From Ruminococcus sp. (GTDB lineage Bacteria > Bacillota > Clostridia > Oscillospirales > Acutalibacteraceae), in the NCBI GenBank assembly GCA_004556705.1, contig SFGA01000002.1, positions 12,938-76,937 on the forward strand: a DNA stretch of 64,000 nucleotides. The letters run 5' to 3'. The notes beneath the pieces are model-generated. The model made no database searches. It saw nothing but the letters and a program-made list of their open reading frames with translations, and had not been told where the DNA came from. This document shows positions 51,319-59,728 of the stretch, one piece after another. The position numbers and the translations under genes are program-made. Each line of letters begins with the position of its first letter. Position 1 is the stretch's first letter.

Positions 51319-52200
51319 ATGAAAATCACAAAGGCGATTATACCTGCGGCAGGACTTGGAACAAGGGTATTGCCCGCTTCAAAGTCCGTGCCGAAAGAAA
51401 TGTTGAATATTGTTGATAAGCCTGCAATTCAGTACATTGTAGAAGAGGCTGTTGCGGCAGGAATAACCGATATTCTTGTTATCACAAACAGAGGTAAGGG
51501 TGTAATTGAGGATCACTTTGACCACTCGTTTGAACTTGAGGCTTCGCTAAAGGATAATCCGTCTAAAAAGAAGATTTATGACGATGTACTCAAAGCGTCA
51601 AATCTTGCCAACATGTACTATATCAGGCAAAAAGAGACAAAAGGTCTTGCTCACGCAATTTCGTGTGCGAGAAGCTTTATCGGCAACGAACCTTTTGCTA
51701 TTCTTTACGGCGATGATGTTATCGTATCTCCCGAGGGCAAGCCTGTTATCGGTCAGCTTATCGACACATATTACAAGTACGGGGTAGGCTGCGTAGGCGT
51801 TAAGGAGGTTCCGAGAAAGGACGTACCGAAGTACTGCTCTCTTGATGTAACTCCGATTGACAATAACGTTATGGCTGTTCACAACATTATCGAAAAGCCC
51901 ACTCCCGAGGAGATTGTTTCCTGCTATTCTATTTTGGGCAGAGTTGTTATGCCGCCCGAAATTTTCGATTTGATTGAGCAGACTCCACCCGACAAGAAAA
52001 GCGGCGAGGTTTACTTTACGGACTCAATGCTTATGCTTGCTCGCCAGGGAAAACTCAATGCTGTTGACTTTGACGGCATCCGCTATGATATGGGCAACAA
52101 GCTCGGCATTATGAAGGCTAACTGTGAGGTTGCGCTCAACCATGATGAAATCGGCGAGGATTTCAAAGCTTATCTCAAAGAGCTTGTCAAGACCTTCTAA
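51319..52200 (+). CDS. galU: UTP--glucose-1-phosphate uridylyltransferase
   Basis: KAIIPAAGLGTRVLPASKSVPKEMLNIVDKPAIQYIVEEA and VEKP-like IIEKPTPEE. Confidence 0.96.
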   Translation: MKITKAIIPAAGLGTRVLPASKSVPKEMLNIVDKPAIQYIVEEAVAAGITDILVITNRGKGVIEDHFDHSFELEASLKDNPSKKKIYDDVLKASNLANMYYIRQKETKGLAHAISCARSFIGNEPFAILYGDDVIVSPEGKPVIGQLIDTYYKYGVGCVGVKEVPRKDVPKYCSLDVTPIDNNVMAVHNIIEKPTPEEIVSCYSILGRVVMPPEIFDLIEQTPPDKKSGEVYFTDSMLMLARQGKLNAVDFDGIRYDMGNKLGIMKANCEVALNHDEIGEDFKAYLKELVKTF

Positions 52201-52218
52201 AAGAAAATAAACATATTT

Positions 52219-52247
52219 AAGGGCACGGTTTTTCCGTGTCCTTTTTT
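52219..52247 (+). terminator. Rho-independent terminator of galU
   Basis: GGGCACGG-TTTTT-CCGTGTCC (one G-U pair) followed by TTTTTT. Confidence 0.8.
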
Positions 52248-52313
52248 GTCGAAAAACGGCGTATTATAGCATTAAAAAAGTACAAATAATGGTACTATTC
52301 GTAACAATTTTCT

Positions 52314-52342
52314 TTGATTTTGCAGACGTATATCACTATAAT
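52314..52342 (+). promoter_or_regulatory. Sigma-A-type promoter
   Basis: TTGATT (52314-52319), a 17-nt spacer, then TATAAT (52337-52342), upstream of the 84-aa ORF. Confidence 0.55.
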
Positions 52343-52377
52343 CAGAGCTAGAAAATGTTACGAAAGGACACAATTAA

Positions 52378-52632
52378 ATGACACTGAATGAACTTGCAAA
52401 AGCTTACAGAGAAGACGAAAAGAGGCTTGAAAAGCAAATCGCAGCATTGCGAGAAAGCTCAAAAAATTACACGGGCGCACAGAAGCATAACGCAAACAGA
52501 CATCTGCTCTGTCTTTACGAAATGAAAAGAGAAGTGGCCAATACGGCAAAAACGCTCGAAAACTATTACACAGAAAAGTCGCAAACAAGGCTTTATCATA
52601 AAAAAAGCGACATTTTACACCCGCAATCTTAA
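52378..52632 (+). CDS. Small helical/coiled-coil protein, unknown function
   Basis: 84 aa. AAAGGA RBS and its own promoter. Charged heptad-like sequence LNELAKAYREDEKRLEKQIAALRESS...EMKREVANTAKTLENYY. No family recognised. Confidence 0.5.
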   Translation: MTLNELAKAYREDEKRLEKQIAALRESSKNYTGAQKHNANRHLLCLYEMKREVANTAKTLENYYTEKSQTRLYHKKSDILHPQS

Positions 52633-52640
52633 TTTTTCTA

Positions 52641-52669
52641 TTGATAATTTGATAACAAAAATGTATAAT
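52641..52669 (+). promoter_or_regulatory. Near-consensus sigma-A promoter with extended -10 for the NifU-like/GGGtGRT pair
   Basis: TTGATA (52641-52646), a 17-nt spacer ending in TGT, then TATAAT (52664-52669). It leaves a leader of about 115 nt before ATG 52790. Confidence 0.65.
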
Positions 52670-52789
52670 ACTATCGTACATTTCCATAAAGCAGAGGAAT
52701 ACGGTATGTATATGCAAAAATGCTTTACGGCAAGCTGCTTATTGTATTGCGGCTCTTTATGGTAAAACAGGAAAGGAGTTCATGTTACA

Positions 52790-53485
52790 ATGATTAACTA
52801 TTCACATGAAGTTGAAACAATGTGCTGTGTTGCTAAAGGACCGCACCATGATCCCGCTCCCATTCCCGAAGAAGGCAAATGGGTAGCTGCAAAGCAGATT
52901 ACAGACATTTCAGGTTACACACACGGTATTGGCTGGTGTGCACCTCAGCAGGGCTGCTGCAAGCTCTCGCTTAACGTTAAAAACGGAATTATCGAGGAGG
53001 CTCTTGTTGAGACTGTAGGTTGCTCGGGTATGACTCACTCGGCGGCAATGGCAGCGGAAATTCTTCCGGGCAAGACTGTTCTTGAGGCTCTTAATACAGA
53101 CCTTGTTTGTGATGCTATCAATACAGCAATGAGAGAGTTGTTCTTGCAGATTGTTTACGGTCGTACACAGTCTGCTTTCTCTGATGACGGACTTGTTATC
53201 GGCGCAGGTATGGAGGATCTCGGTAAGGGCTTCCGTTCAATGGTCGGCACAATGTACGGCACAAAGGCAAAGGGCGTTCGTTACCTTGAAATGACAGAGG
53301 GCTATTGTACAAGAATGGCTCTTGATGAGAATGACGAGGTTATCGGCTATGAGTTCGTTTCACTCGGCAAGATGACAGATTTCATCAAGCAGGGTATGGA
53401 GCCCAACGAAGCATATAAGAAATCAATCGGAACTTACGGCAGATTTGATGAGGCCGCTAAGTATATCGATCCGAGAAAAGAATAA
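52790..53485 (+). CDS. NifU/IscU-like Fe-S scaffold homolog (partner of the GGGtGRT protein)
   Basis: Three IscU-position cysteines in GIGWCAPQQGCCKLSL, VGCSGMTHSAAMAAEIL.GKT..EA and DLVCDAINTA. An extra ~100-aa C-terminal extension. Tightly linked to the next gene by an 18-nt gap containing GAGGGAGGA. Confidence 0.7.
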   Translation: MINYSHEVETMCCVAKGPHHDPAPIPEEGKWVAAKQITDISGYTHGIGWCAPQQGCCKLSLNVKNGIIEEALVETVGCSGMTHSAAMAAEILPGKTVLEALNTDLVCDAINTAMRELFLQIVYGRTQSAFSDDGLVIGAGMEDLGKGFRSMVGTMYGTKAKGVRYLEMTEGYCTRMALDENDEVIGYEFVSLGKMTDFIKQGMEPNEAYKKSIGTYGRFDEAAKYIDPRKE

Positions 53486-53503
53486 GAGAGGGAGGATTTA
53501 ACA

Positions 53504-54505
53504 ATGGCACAGTTTGAAGGTTACGAAAGACGTGAGGCTAAAATCCTCGCAACTCTTAAAGAATATGGCATTTCGTCAATCGACGAGTGTAAAGAAATTT
53601 GCGCAGAAAAAGGCATTGATCCCTATACAATCGTACAGGAAACACAGCCTATCTGCTTTGAGAACGCTAAATGGGCTTACACCGTAGGTGCTGCTATCGC
53701 TATTAAGTCAGGCTGCACAAAGGCTGCTGATGCGGCTGCTGCTATCGGTATCGGCCTCCAGAGCTTCTGCATCCCCGGTTCTGTTGCTGAAAACCGTAAG
53801 GTTGGTCTCGGTCACGGAAACCTCGGTAAGATGCTTCTTTCCGAAGAGACAGAGTGCTTCTGCTTCCTTGCAGGACACGAGAGCTTTGCAGCTGCTGAGG
53901 GCGCAATCAAAATCGCTCTTAACGCAAACAAAGTTCGTCAGAAGAACCTCAGAGTTATCTTGAACGGTCTCGGTAAGGACGCTGCTTACATTATTTCAAG
54001 AATCAACGGCTTCACATATTGTGAAACAGAGTTTGACCCCTACTCGGAAACCGTTAAGGTTACAGAGCAGAGAGCATTCTCAAACGGTCCGAGAGCCGAT
54101 GTTAAGTGCTACGGCGCTGACAACGTTCCCGAGGGCGTTGCTATCATGAAGCTTGAAAATGTCGGCGTTTCAATCACAGGTAACTCAACTAACCCGACAA
54201 GATTCCAGCATCCCGTTGCAGGCACATACAAAAAGTGGTGCGTTGAAAACGGCGTTAATTATTTCTCGGTTGCTTCGGGCGGCGGCACAGGCCGTACACT
54301 TCACCCCGACAACATGGCGGCAGGCCCCTCTTCTTACGGCATGACCGACACAATGGGAAGAATGCACTCGGACGCTCAGTTCGCAGGCTCATCTTCTGTT
54401 CCGGCTCACGTTGAAATGATGGGACTTATCGGTATGGGTAACAACCCGATGGTTGGTGCTACCGTTGCAGTTGCAGTTGCAGTCGAAGAAGCAATGAAAG
54501 CATAA
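53504..54505 (+). CDS. GGGtGRT family protein (function unknown)
   Basis: 333 aa. It contains the name-giving motif in FSVASGGGTGRTLHPDNMAAGPSSYGMTD, a Gly/Ala-rich C-terminus, and several conserved-looking Cys. The family name is recalled from NCBI annotation and not verified by search. Confidence 0.7.
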   Translation: MAQFEGYERREAKILATLKEYGISSIDECKEICAEKGIDPYTIVQETQPICFENAKWAYTVGAAIAIKSGCTKAADAAAAIGIGLQSFCIPGSVAENRKVGLGHGNLGKMLLSEETECFCFLAGHESFAAAEGAIKIALNANKVRQKNLRVILNGLGKDAAYIISRINGFTYCETEFDPYSETVKVTEQRAFSNGPRADVKCYGADNVPEGVAIMKLENVGVSITGNSTNPTRFQHPVAGTYKKWCVENGVNYFSVASGGGTGRTLHPDNMAAGPSSYGMTDTMGRMHSDAQFAGSSSVPAHVEMMGLIGMGNNPMVGATVAVAVAVEEAMKA

Positions 54506-54522
54506 TCTCATAGCAATAATTT

Positions 54523-54555
54523 AAGGCAGGTAAGAAATTACCTGCCTTGTTTTTA
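54523..54555. terminator. Terminator shared by convergent units
   Basis: Perfect 11-bp stem AAGGCAGGTAA / TTACCTGCCTT with a GAAA loop, then GTTTTTATTT on the plus strand. The minus-strand gene stops at 54553. Confidence 0.8.
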
Positions 54556-54771
54556 TTTGCTTTTTCTTTTTGTTGTGTCCTTACGCTGTCGGGCTTGCTC
54601 GACTTCAGACAGCCCTTGCGATATTGCAGGGAAAGTATTATCGGTGTCGGCGGTCGGCTGAATTTCATAAGTGCCGTACTTGTTCAACATTCCGTAAACC
54701 GATTTCGGATTGCCCTGTATATTTGCCGTGCTCTCGTCAAGCCTTTTATGCGAAGTGCTCTTCTTTTTCAT
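54553..54771 (-). CDS. Small hydrophilic protein with basic termini, unknown function
   Basis: 72 aa, GGGTGAT RBS. The sequence runs MKKKSTSHKR...NKYGTYEIQPTADTDNTFPAI...RQRKDTTKRKSK. No family recognised. Confidence 0.45.
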   Translation of the reverse strand: MKKKSTSHKRLDESTANIQGNPKSVYGMLNKYGTYEIQPTADTDNTFPAISQGLSEVEQARQRKDTTKRKSK

Positions 54772-54821
54772 TTAATCACCCGTAATATTTTTTCACATGA
54801 TGATTAAATTATGCGTTTTGC

Positions 54822-55409
54822 TTATTTCTTGCCTTTTAACAGCGGCTTGATTTTTGAAAAATATGCGTTGCCGTCCGTTTCGCCGAATTTTTTAACAAGG
54901 GCGTTATGTATACCCTCTTTTGTCTTACAGGTCATTGTAATTTTCGCTATCGTCTTTGAAATGGTGCGGTCGCCGATTATTTCAAGAACGCTGTTTTCGA
55001 TTTTTTCGATTTCCTCTAAATTGTTACCCTCGCAAATCGCACGAATTTGCTTTACAGAGTAACCACGGTTGCACCAATATTGGCAAACAAACGAAAAACC
55101 TTGGTCTTTGGACACAATATAATAAGTGGTTTCCTTATCGTTATACTTGCCCATCAAATAGCCTATATAGGTGTCAAGCTGAGCGTCGAGAGCGTCATGG
55201 AAAATCTTATCCGTGCCGGTGATTTTCACATTTGCTTCCTTGAAAACGGTTTTTGCTGCGGACTTTTGGATTTTCTCAACTGCTTTGATGTCGATTTTCG
55301 GTGCGTTTGTGCTGAAAAACACGACGACAACGTCGGTATCCAAAAGCTTTTCGATACCGTTTAAGCCTGCAACGGATGTGTTTTCATAGTCAATAACATA
55401 AATGCTCAT
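54822..55409 (-). CDS. NYN/PIN-like nuclease-fold protein with C-terminal helical (possibly OST-HTH/LOTUS-like) domain
   Basis: N-terminal IYVIDYEN...VVVVFFS...DALDAQL...YYIVSKDQGF fits the NYN/PIN acidic-residue pattern. The C-terminal ~60 aa (IHNALVKKFGETDGNAYFSKIKPLL) is helical. RBS is GAGGTGG. Confidence 0.5.
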   Translation of the reverse strand: MSIYVIDYENTSVAGLNGIEKLLDTDVVVVFFSTNAPKIDIKAVEKIQKSAAKTVFKEANVKITGTDKIFHDALDAQLDTYIGYLMGKYNDKETTYYIVSKDQGFSFVCQYWCNRGYSVKQIRAICEGNNLEEIEKIENSVLEIIGDRTISKTIAKITMTCKTKEGIHNALVKKFGETDGNAYFSKIKPLLKGKK

Positions 55410-55427
55410 TTTGCCACCTCAATAAAA

Positions 55428-55910
55428 TCACTTGTGATATTTGCCGCCCGAGGAAATTTGAAAAGCCCTGTATATCTGCTCTAAAAGCATTATTCGAGCC
55501 ATTTGGTGCGGAAATGTCATCTGCGACATCGAAAACTTGAAATCGGACATATTTTTAATCTCGTCACTCAATCCGAAGGAGCTTCCGATTATAAAAACGA
55601 TATTGCTTTTGCCGTTTACCGCTATTTCAGACAATTTTTGACTAAAAGACTCACTCGACGATTGCTTGCCCTCAATGCACATTGAAAATACATAAGAATT
55701 TGACGGGATTTTAGCCTTTATTTGCTGTGCCTCGGCGGTAAGAGCGTTTTTTATTTCGTTTTCAGACGGATTGTCCGACAGCATTTTCGGGGATAACTCA
55801 ACAATGTTCAATTTGCAATACGCAGAAAGTCGCTTTTGGTATTCTTCCGAAAACTCACGCATATATTTTTCTTTGAGCTTGCCCAAAGCTATGATTGTTA
55901 TGCCAATCAT
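55428..55910 (-). CDS. rlmH: 23S rRNA (pseudouridine1915-N3)-methyltransferase
   Basis: MIGITIIALGKLKEKYM...EY.KRL and the SPOUT C-terminal knot IVFIIGSSFGLSDEI......S.S.MTFPHQMARIMLLEQIYRAF. ATG 55910 overlaps the MBL stop (ATGA). Confidence 0.93.
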   Translation of the reverse strand: MIGITIIALGKLKEKYMREFSEEYQKRLSAYCKLNIVELSPKMLSDNPSENEIKNALTAEAQQIKAKIPSNSYVFSMCIEGKQSSSESFSQKLSEIAVNGKSNIVFIIGSSFGLSDEIKNMSDFKFSMSQMTFPHQMARIMLLEQIYRAFQISSGGKYHK

Positions 55911-56701
55911 AACATCACCGCCTTTGAGTCCCAAACAGGCTTTGCGATTTTGAGGATATAGTCGCTATCCTCCTTTGCGCCTGCGCAGGTGAGAGATGCA
56001 TAGGTGGTCTGATATGCAAGCTCGGGAAAATTGTTTTCCTTGCTCAAATGTCCCAAAACAAGCCTTGTTGTACCGCCTTCAAGGAGTTTAACCGCTTCGT
56101 CGGCGCAAGAGTCGTTAGACAGATGCCCTTTTTCGCCGAGTATTCTCCTTTTAAGCTGATACGGGTATTTCGTGCTGTTTTCAAGCATGTGTATATCGTG
56201 ATTTGACTCAAGAAAAACAAGGTCGGAGCCTGAAATTGCATTGTGCACGGTGCTCGTCATAATGCCGAGGTCGGTTGCGACGGAAATTTTTCGTCCGTCG
56301 GGCGTTTCGACGGTGTAGCCGCAGCTTTCAATTGCGTCGTGAGAGGTGCGGAACGGCTTTACAAATATACCGTTTGCATCATAGCCGTTTTCGTCAATCG
56401 GTAAGGTGTCGATATTTTTGCCCTGAAGCGTGTTGCTTTCAAGAAAGCTCAAGGTTTTTTCAAGGGAAAGAACTTTAATATTATGCTTTGCCGCAAAAAC
56501 CTTTAAGCCGCTAACGTGGTCGTAATGCTCGTGCGTTATAAATATAGCACTTATGCTGTCGGGGTCAACGCCGATATTGTGAAGTGCCTCGTCGGTTCGC
56601 TTTGCACTGACGCCAACGTCTATAAGCACGCCGTTTTCGCCACAGCCTATGTAAATTGAATTTCCGCTTGAGGACGAAAACAGCGGACAGAATTTTGCCA
56701 T
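55907..56701 (-). CDS. MBL-fold metallo-hydrolase (YycJ/WalJ-like)
   Basis: The metal motif ITHEHYDHVSG lies within FITHEHYDHVSGL. N-terminus FCPLFSSSSGNS.YIG....VLIDVG. Conserved synteny directly upstream of rlmH. Confidence 0.85.
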   Translation of the reverse strand: MAKFCPLFSSSSGNSIYIGCGENGVLIDVGVSAKRTDEALHNIGVDPDSISAIFITHEHYDHVSGLKVFAAKHNIKVLSLEKTLSFLESNTLQGKNIDTLPIDENGYDANGIFVKPFRTSHDAIESCGYTVETPDGRKISVATDLGIMTSTVHNAISGSDLVFLESNHDIHMLENSTKYPYQLKRRILGEKGHLSNDSCADEAVKLLEGGTTRLVLGHLSKENNFPELAYQTTYASLTCAGAKEDSDYILKIAKPVWDSKAVML

Positions 56702-56714
56702 AATTACTCCTTGA

Positions 56715-57569
56715 TTATTCGGGTAAGATTGAATTTGTTGTTATATAGGTTACGCCTGCGTTTACCATTGCGTCAAGATGATACTTGTCGTCAACAGTCC
56801 AGCAAGCCGCAACAAGTCCCTTGTCAAGAAGCTTCTTAATCATATCGGGACGGGGCGAGTTGAAATCGGAGGAGAAGTCCATACCCTTGCAGCCGCTGTC
56901 AACCGCCTGCTGAATGTTCTTGTCGGTAAGATAATCTACAAGGTACCACATTTCAAGCTCCTTGTCGATTTTGTTAAGAACCTGCAAGTCTTCTAAAATA
57001 AAGGAAATTACAACGCAGGTCTTTTCAATGCCGTTCTTTTTAAGCATATTATAGAAGCTCTGCATTTTGTCTGTGCGAGGGTCTTTGATTTCGATGATGG
57101 GACGGCAGTTGTATTTTTTACAAATGTCGATATATTCCTGAAGAGTGCACATTTTAACATCAAGGTGCTTGCCGATATTTGCGCCTCTGAGCATTTTGAG
57201 CTTCAAAAGCTCTTCGCTTGAATGCTCCTTTATATCGCCCTCGCCGCTGAAAAGCGTTTCAAGGTTTGGGTCATGCGCTACCATCCAAACGCCGTCCGTT
57301 GCCATGTGAGTATCGCACTCAATTCCGTAGAAATTGCCGTGCTTGCCCGCTGCTTCAAATGACGGTGCGGTGTTCTCGGGATTAACGCCCGAAAGACCTC
57401 TGTGAGCAACAAATTTGGTCGTTCCGAAGTCTATATCACGAAGCTCGCTAGCCTTTTTGAGCTCCATGGGAGAAATTGGCTTTTTTCTCATATTCTTATA
57501 CACGGCTTTTTTGAAAACCGGAGAAAATTTGTAACCCATAAACGCCGTAAACCTGTTAAGCTTTCTCAT
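56715..57569 (-). CDS. Glycerophosphodiester phosphodiesterase family protein
   Basis: VAHRGLSG..PENT..SFEAA.......IECDTHMATDG.WMVAHD. RBS is AGGAGG. Confidence 0.85.
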   Translation of the reverse strand: MRKLNRFTAFMGYKFSPVFKKAVYKNMRKKPISPMELKKASELRDIDFGTTKFVAHRGLSGVNPENTAPSFEAAGKHGNFYGIECDTHMATDGVWMVAHDPNLETLFSGEGDIKEHSSEELLKLKMLRGANIGKHLDVKMCTLQEYIDICKKYNCRPIIEIKDPRTDKMQSFYNMLKKNGIEKTCVVISFILEDLQVLNKIDKELEMWYLVDYLTDKNIQQAVDSGCKGMDFSSDFNSPRPDMIKKLLDKGLVAACWTVDDKYHLDAMVNAGVTYITTNSILPE

Positions 57570-57702
57570 TTTAACTACCTCCTGAGTAAAAGCGTTTTAT
57601 TAAAAATATTATAAAACAATTTTCTAAAAAAGTAAACAGTATATATTGATTAGTCGGGACAACAATAAAGCAAAGACAAAGCATTATTTAAGCGTTGATT
57701 GC

Positions 57703-57731
57703 TTGACACGGATATTGTAATATTCTATAAT
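57703..57731 (+). promoter_or_regulatory. Consensus sigma-A promoter of the ATP-grasp/racemase/asnB unit
   Basis: TTGACA (57703-57708), exactly 17 nt, then TATAAT (57726-57731). Confidence 0.7.
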
Positions 57732-57769
57732 TAAATGATACATATAATAGTGTAAAGAGGTAGTGTTTT

Positions 57770-58981
57770 ATGCATTTTGAAGAGAGAGAATTTCTCCCCG
57801 TAATACTCGGCGCCGATATAACGGCATATTCGCTCGCAAGAAGCTTTCACGAGGAATATCATATTAAATCGCTTGTTTTGAGTATGTCAGAGGGCGGGTA
57901 CATTGCCAATTCCGATATAATCGAAAACAGAATTTTCCCCGGTCTTGAAAAAAAGGAGGTTCTTGTTGAGAGGCTTCTTGAAATCGGCAAGGAATTTGAG
58001 GGCAAAAAGAAGCTTATTGTTCTCGGCTGCGGCGATTGGTATGTCAGAGCTCTTATAGAGTCTAAAAAGGTGCTTGAGCCTTATTATATCGTTCCGTATA
58101 TCGACGAGGATTTACTTAATAAAATTGTTCTTAAAGATAAATTCTATGAAATTTTTGAAGAGCTCGGTCTTGATTATCCCGAAACCTATGTTTATGAGTG
58201 CGGAAAAGAAAATGACCTTAAATTTAATTTCAAATATCCCGTAATTGCGAAGCCTGCAAACTCCGCAATGTATCACTATGCGAAATTTGAGGGAAAGAAA
58301 AAGGTTTTCTCCTTTGACAATGAGGAGGATTTGCGTAAAATGCTCGCAAACCTTGAAAAGTCAAGCTACAATTATAAATTCCTTATTCAGGATAAAATTC
58401 CGGGCGACGATACCTATATGCGAGTGCTCACCTGCTATTGCGACAAGAATTCAAAGGTTCGTTTTGCGGCTCTCGGCAGAACCTTGCTTGAGGATCACAC
58501 CCCGACGGCTATCGGAAATCCCGTAGCGATTATCAATGAGGTAAATCCCGATATTGTTGCGGCGGCTACAAAGTTCCTTGAGCATATCGGTTATGTCGGC
58601 TTTGCGAATTTTGATATAAAATATGACGAGAGAGACGGAAAATACAAATTCTTTGAGATAAACGTCCGTCTCGGCAGAAGCAATTTCTATGTTACGGGCA
58701 GCGGCTTTAACACTGTCAAATGGATAGTTGACGACTATATCTATGACAAGCTTGACGATTATACGGTTGCCGACAACATAAATCTTTATTCGGTTGTGCC
58801 GAAGGGCGTCATTATGAAATATGTTCCCGAAAGCGATTTCAAAGATCTTGCGAGAAAGCTTTTCAAAGAGGGAAAGGTTACCTATCCCCTGCTTTATAAG
58901 GCGGATAAAAATTTGAAGCATAATTTCTATGCGAGGGCGGCCTTGCTTAACCAGTATAGGAAGTTCAAAAAATATTTTTAA
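57770..58981 (+). CDS. ATP-grasp carboxylate-amine ligase, D-aspartate-ligase-like
   Basis: N-terminal VILGADITAYSLARSFHEEY. ATP-grasp core is YPVIAKPANSAMY...FLIQDKIPG...GFANFDIKYD..DGKYKFFEINVRLGRSN. Followed directly by aspartate racemase. The specific D-Asp ligase function is inferred from context. Confidence 0.6.
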   Translation: MHFEEREFLPVILGADITAYSLARSFHEEYHIKSLVLSMSEGGYIANSDIIENRIFPGLEKKEVLVERLLEIGKEFEGKKKLIVLGCGDWYVRALIESKKVLEPYYIVPYIDEDLLNKIVLKDKFYEIFEELGLDYPETYVYECGKENDLKFNFKYPVIAKPANSAMYHYAKFEGKKKVFSFDNEEDLRKMLANLEKSSYNYKFLIQDKIPGDDTYMRVLTCYCDKNSKVRFAALGRTLLEDHTPTAIGNPVAIINEVNPDIVAAATKFLEHIGYVGFANFDIKYDERDGKYKFFEINVRLGRSNFYVTGSGFNTVKWIVDDYIYDKLDDYTVADNINLYSVVPKGVIMKYVPESDFKDLARKLFKEGKVTYPLLYKADKNLKHNFYARAALLNQYRKFKKYF

Positions 58982-58996
58982 TAAGAATGTGAAAAT

Positions 58997-59707
58997 ATGA
59001 AGGAAAAAATTTTAGGAGTTCTCGGCGGCGTAGGTCCGCTTGCGACGATATATTTTGCAGACCTTGTCGTTAAAATGACGGATGCTAAAACCGACCAGGA
59101 GCATATTGCGATGGTTATCTTAAACCATTCGTCGATACCCGACAGAACGGATTATATCCTTGATAAGACAAAGCCTAATCCGTTGCCTGTTATGATTAAA
59201 GACGCAAAGCTGCTTGAGGACGATAACTGCGACTTTATTGTCATTCCGTGCAACACGGCGCATTATTTCTATGATGAAATTCAAAAAAGCATAAATATTC
59301 CGATAATCAATATTCTTGAGGAAACCGTTTGCTATTGCGAAAAGACCATACCGAATATTAAAAAAATCGGCGTTCTTGCAACTGTCGGTACTCTCAAATC
59401 AAAGGCCTATCAGAATATAATCGAAAAGCACGGGCTTGAATGTGTGGTGCCGTCGGCAGAGGATCAGGAGTCGCTGATGAATATCATTTACAATCAAGTA
59501 AAGGCGGGCGAGAAGGTCGATATATTCGAGTTCCACCGTATAATCGGAGAGATGAAAAAGCAGGGCTGCGATGCGGTTGTGCTCGGCTGTACGGAGCTTT
59601 CGGTTATTAAAAAGGATTTCAAAATTGACAGCCCCGACGTTGTCGATTCAATGGAGTGTCTTGCAAGAGCGAGTATTCTTGCTTGCGGCAAAAAGCTTAA
59701 AGCGTAA
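58997..59707 (+). CDS. racD: Aspartate racemase
   Basis: ILGVLGGVGPLATIYF. Catalytic Cys motifs are IPCNTAHYF and LGCTELSV. Asp/Glu racemase family of ~236 aa. Confidence 0.85.
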   Translation: MKEKILGVLGGVGPLATIYFADLVVKMTDAKTDQEHIAMVILNHSSIPDRTDYILDKTKPNPLPVMIKDAKLLEDDNCDFIVIPCNTAHYFYDEIQKSINIPIINILEETVCYCEKTIPNIKKIGVLATVGTLKSKAYQNIIEKHGLECVVPSAEDQESLMNIIYNQVKAGEKVDIFEFHRIIGEMKKQGCDAVVLGCTELSVIKKDFKIDSPDVVDSMECLARASILACGKKLKA

Positions 59708-59728
59708 AATTTTTTAAGAGGTAAATTT

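Noticed and set aside
54553-55409. PIN-like gene plus small gene as a VapBC-type toxin-antitoxin pair
   Set aside because: The order is wrong, because the small gene is downstream with a 50-nt gap. The PIN-like protein is 195 aa with an extra domain. The small protein has no antitoxin-type DNA-binding fold that I can recognise.
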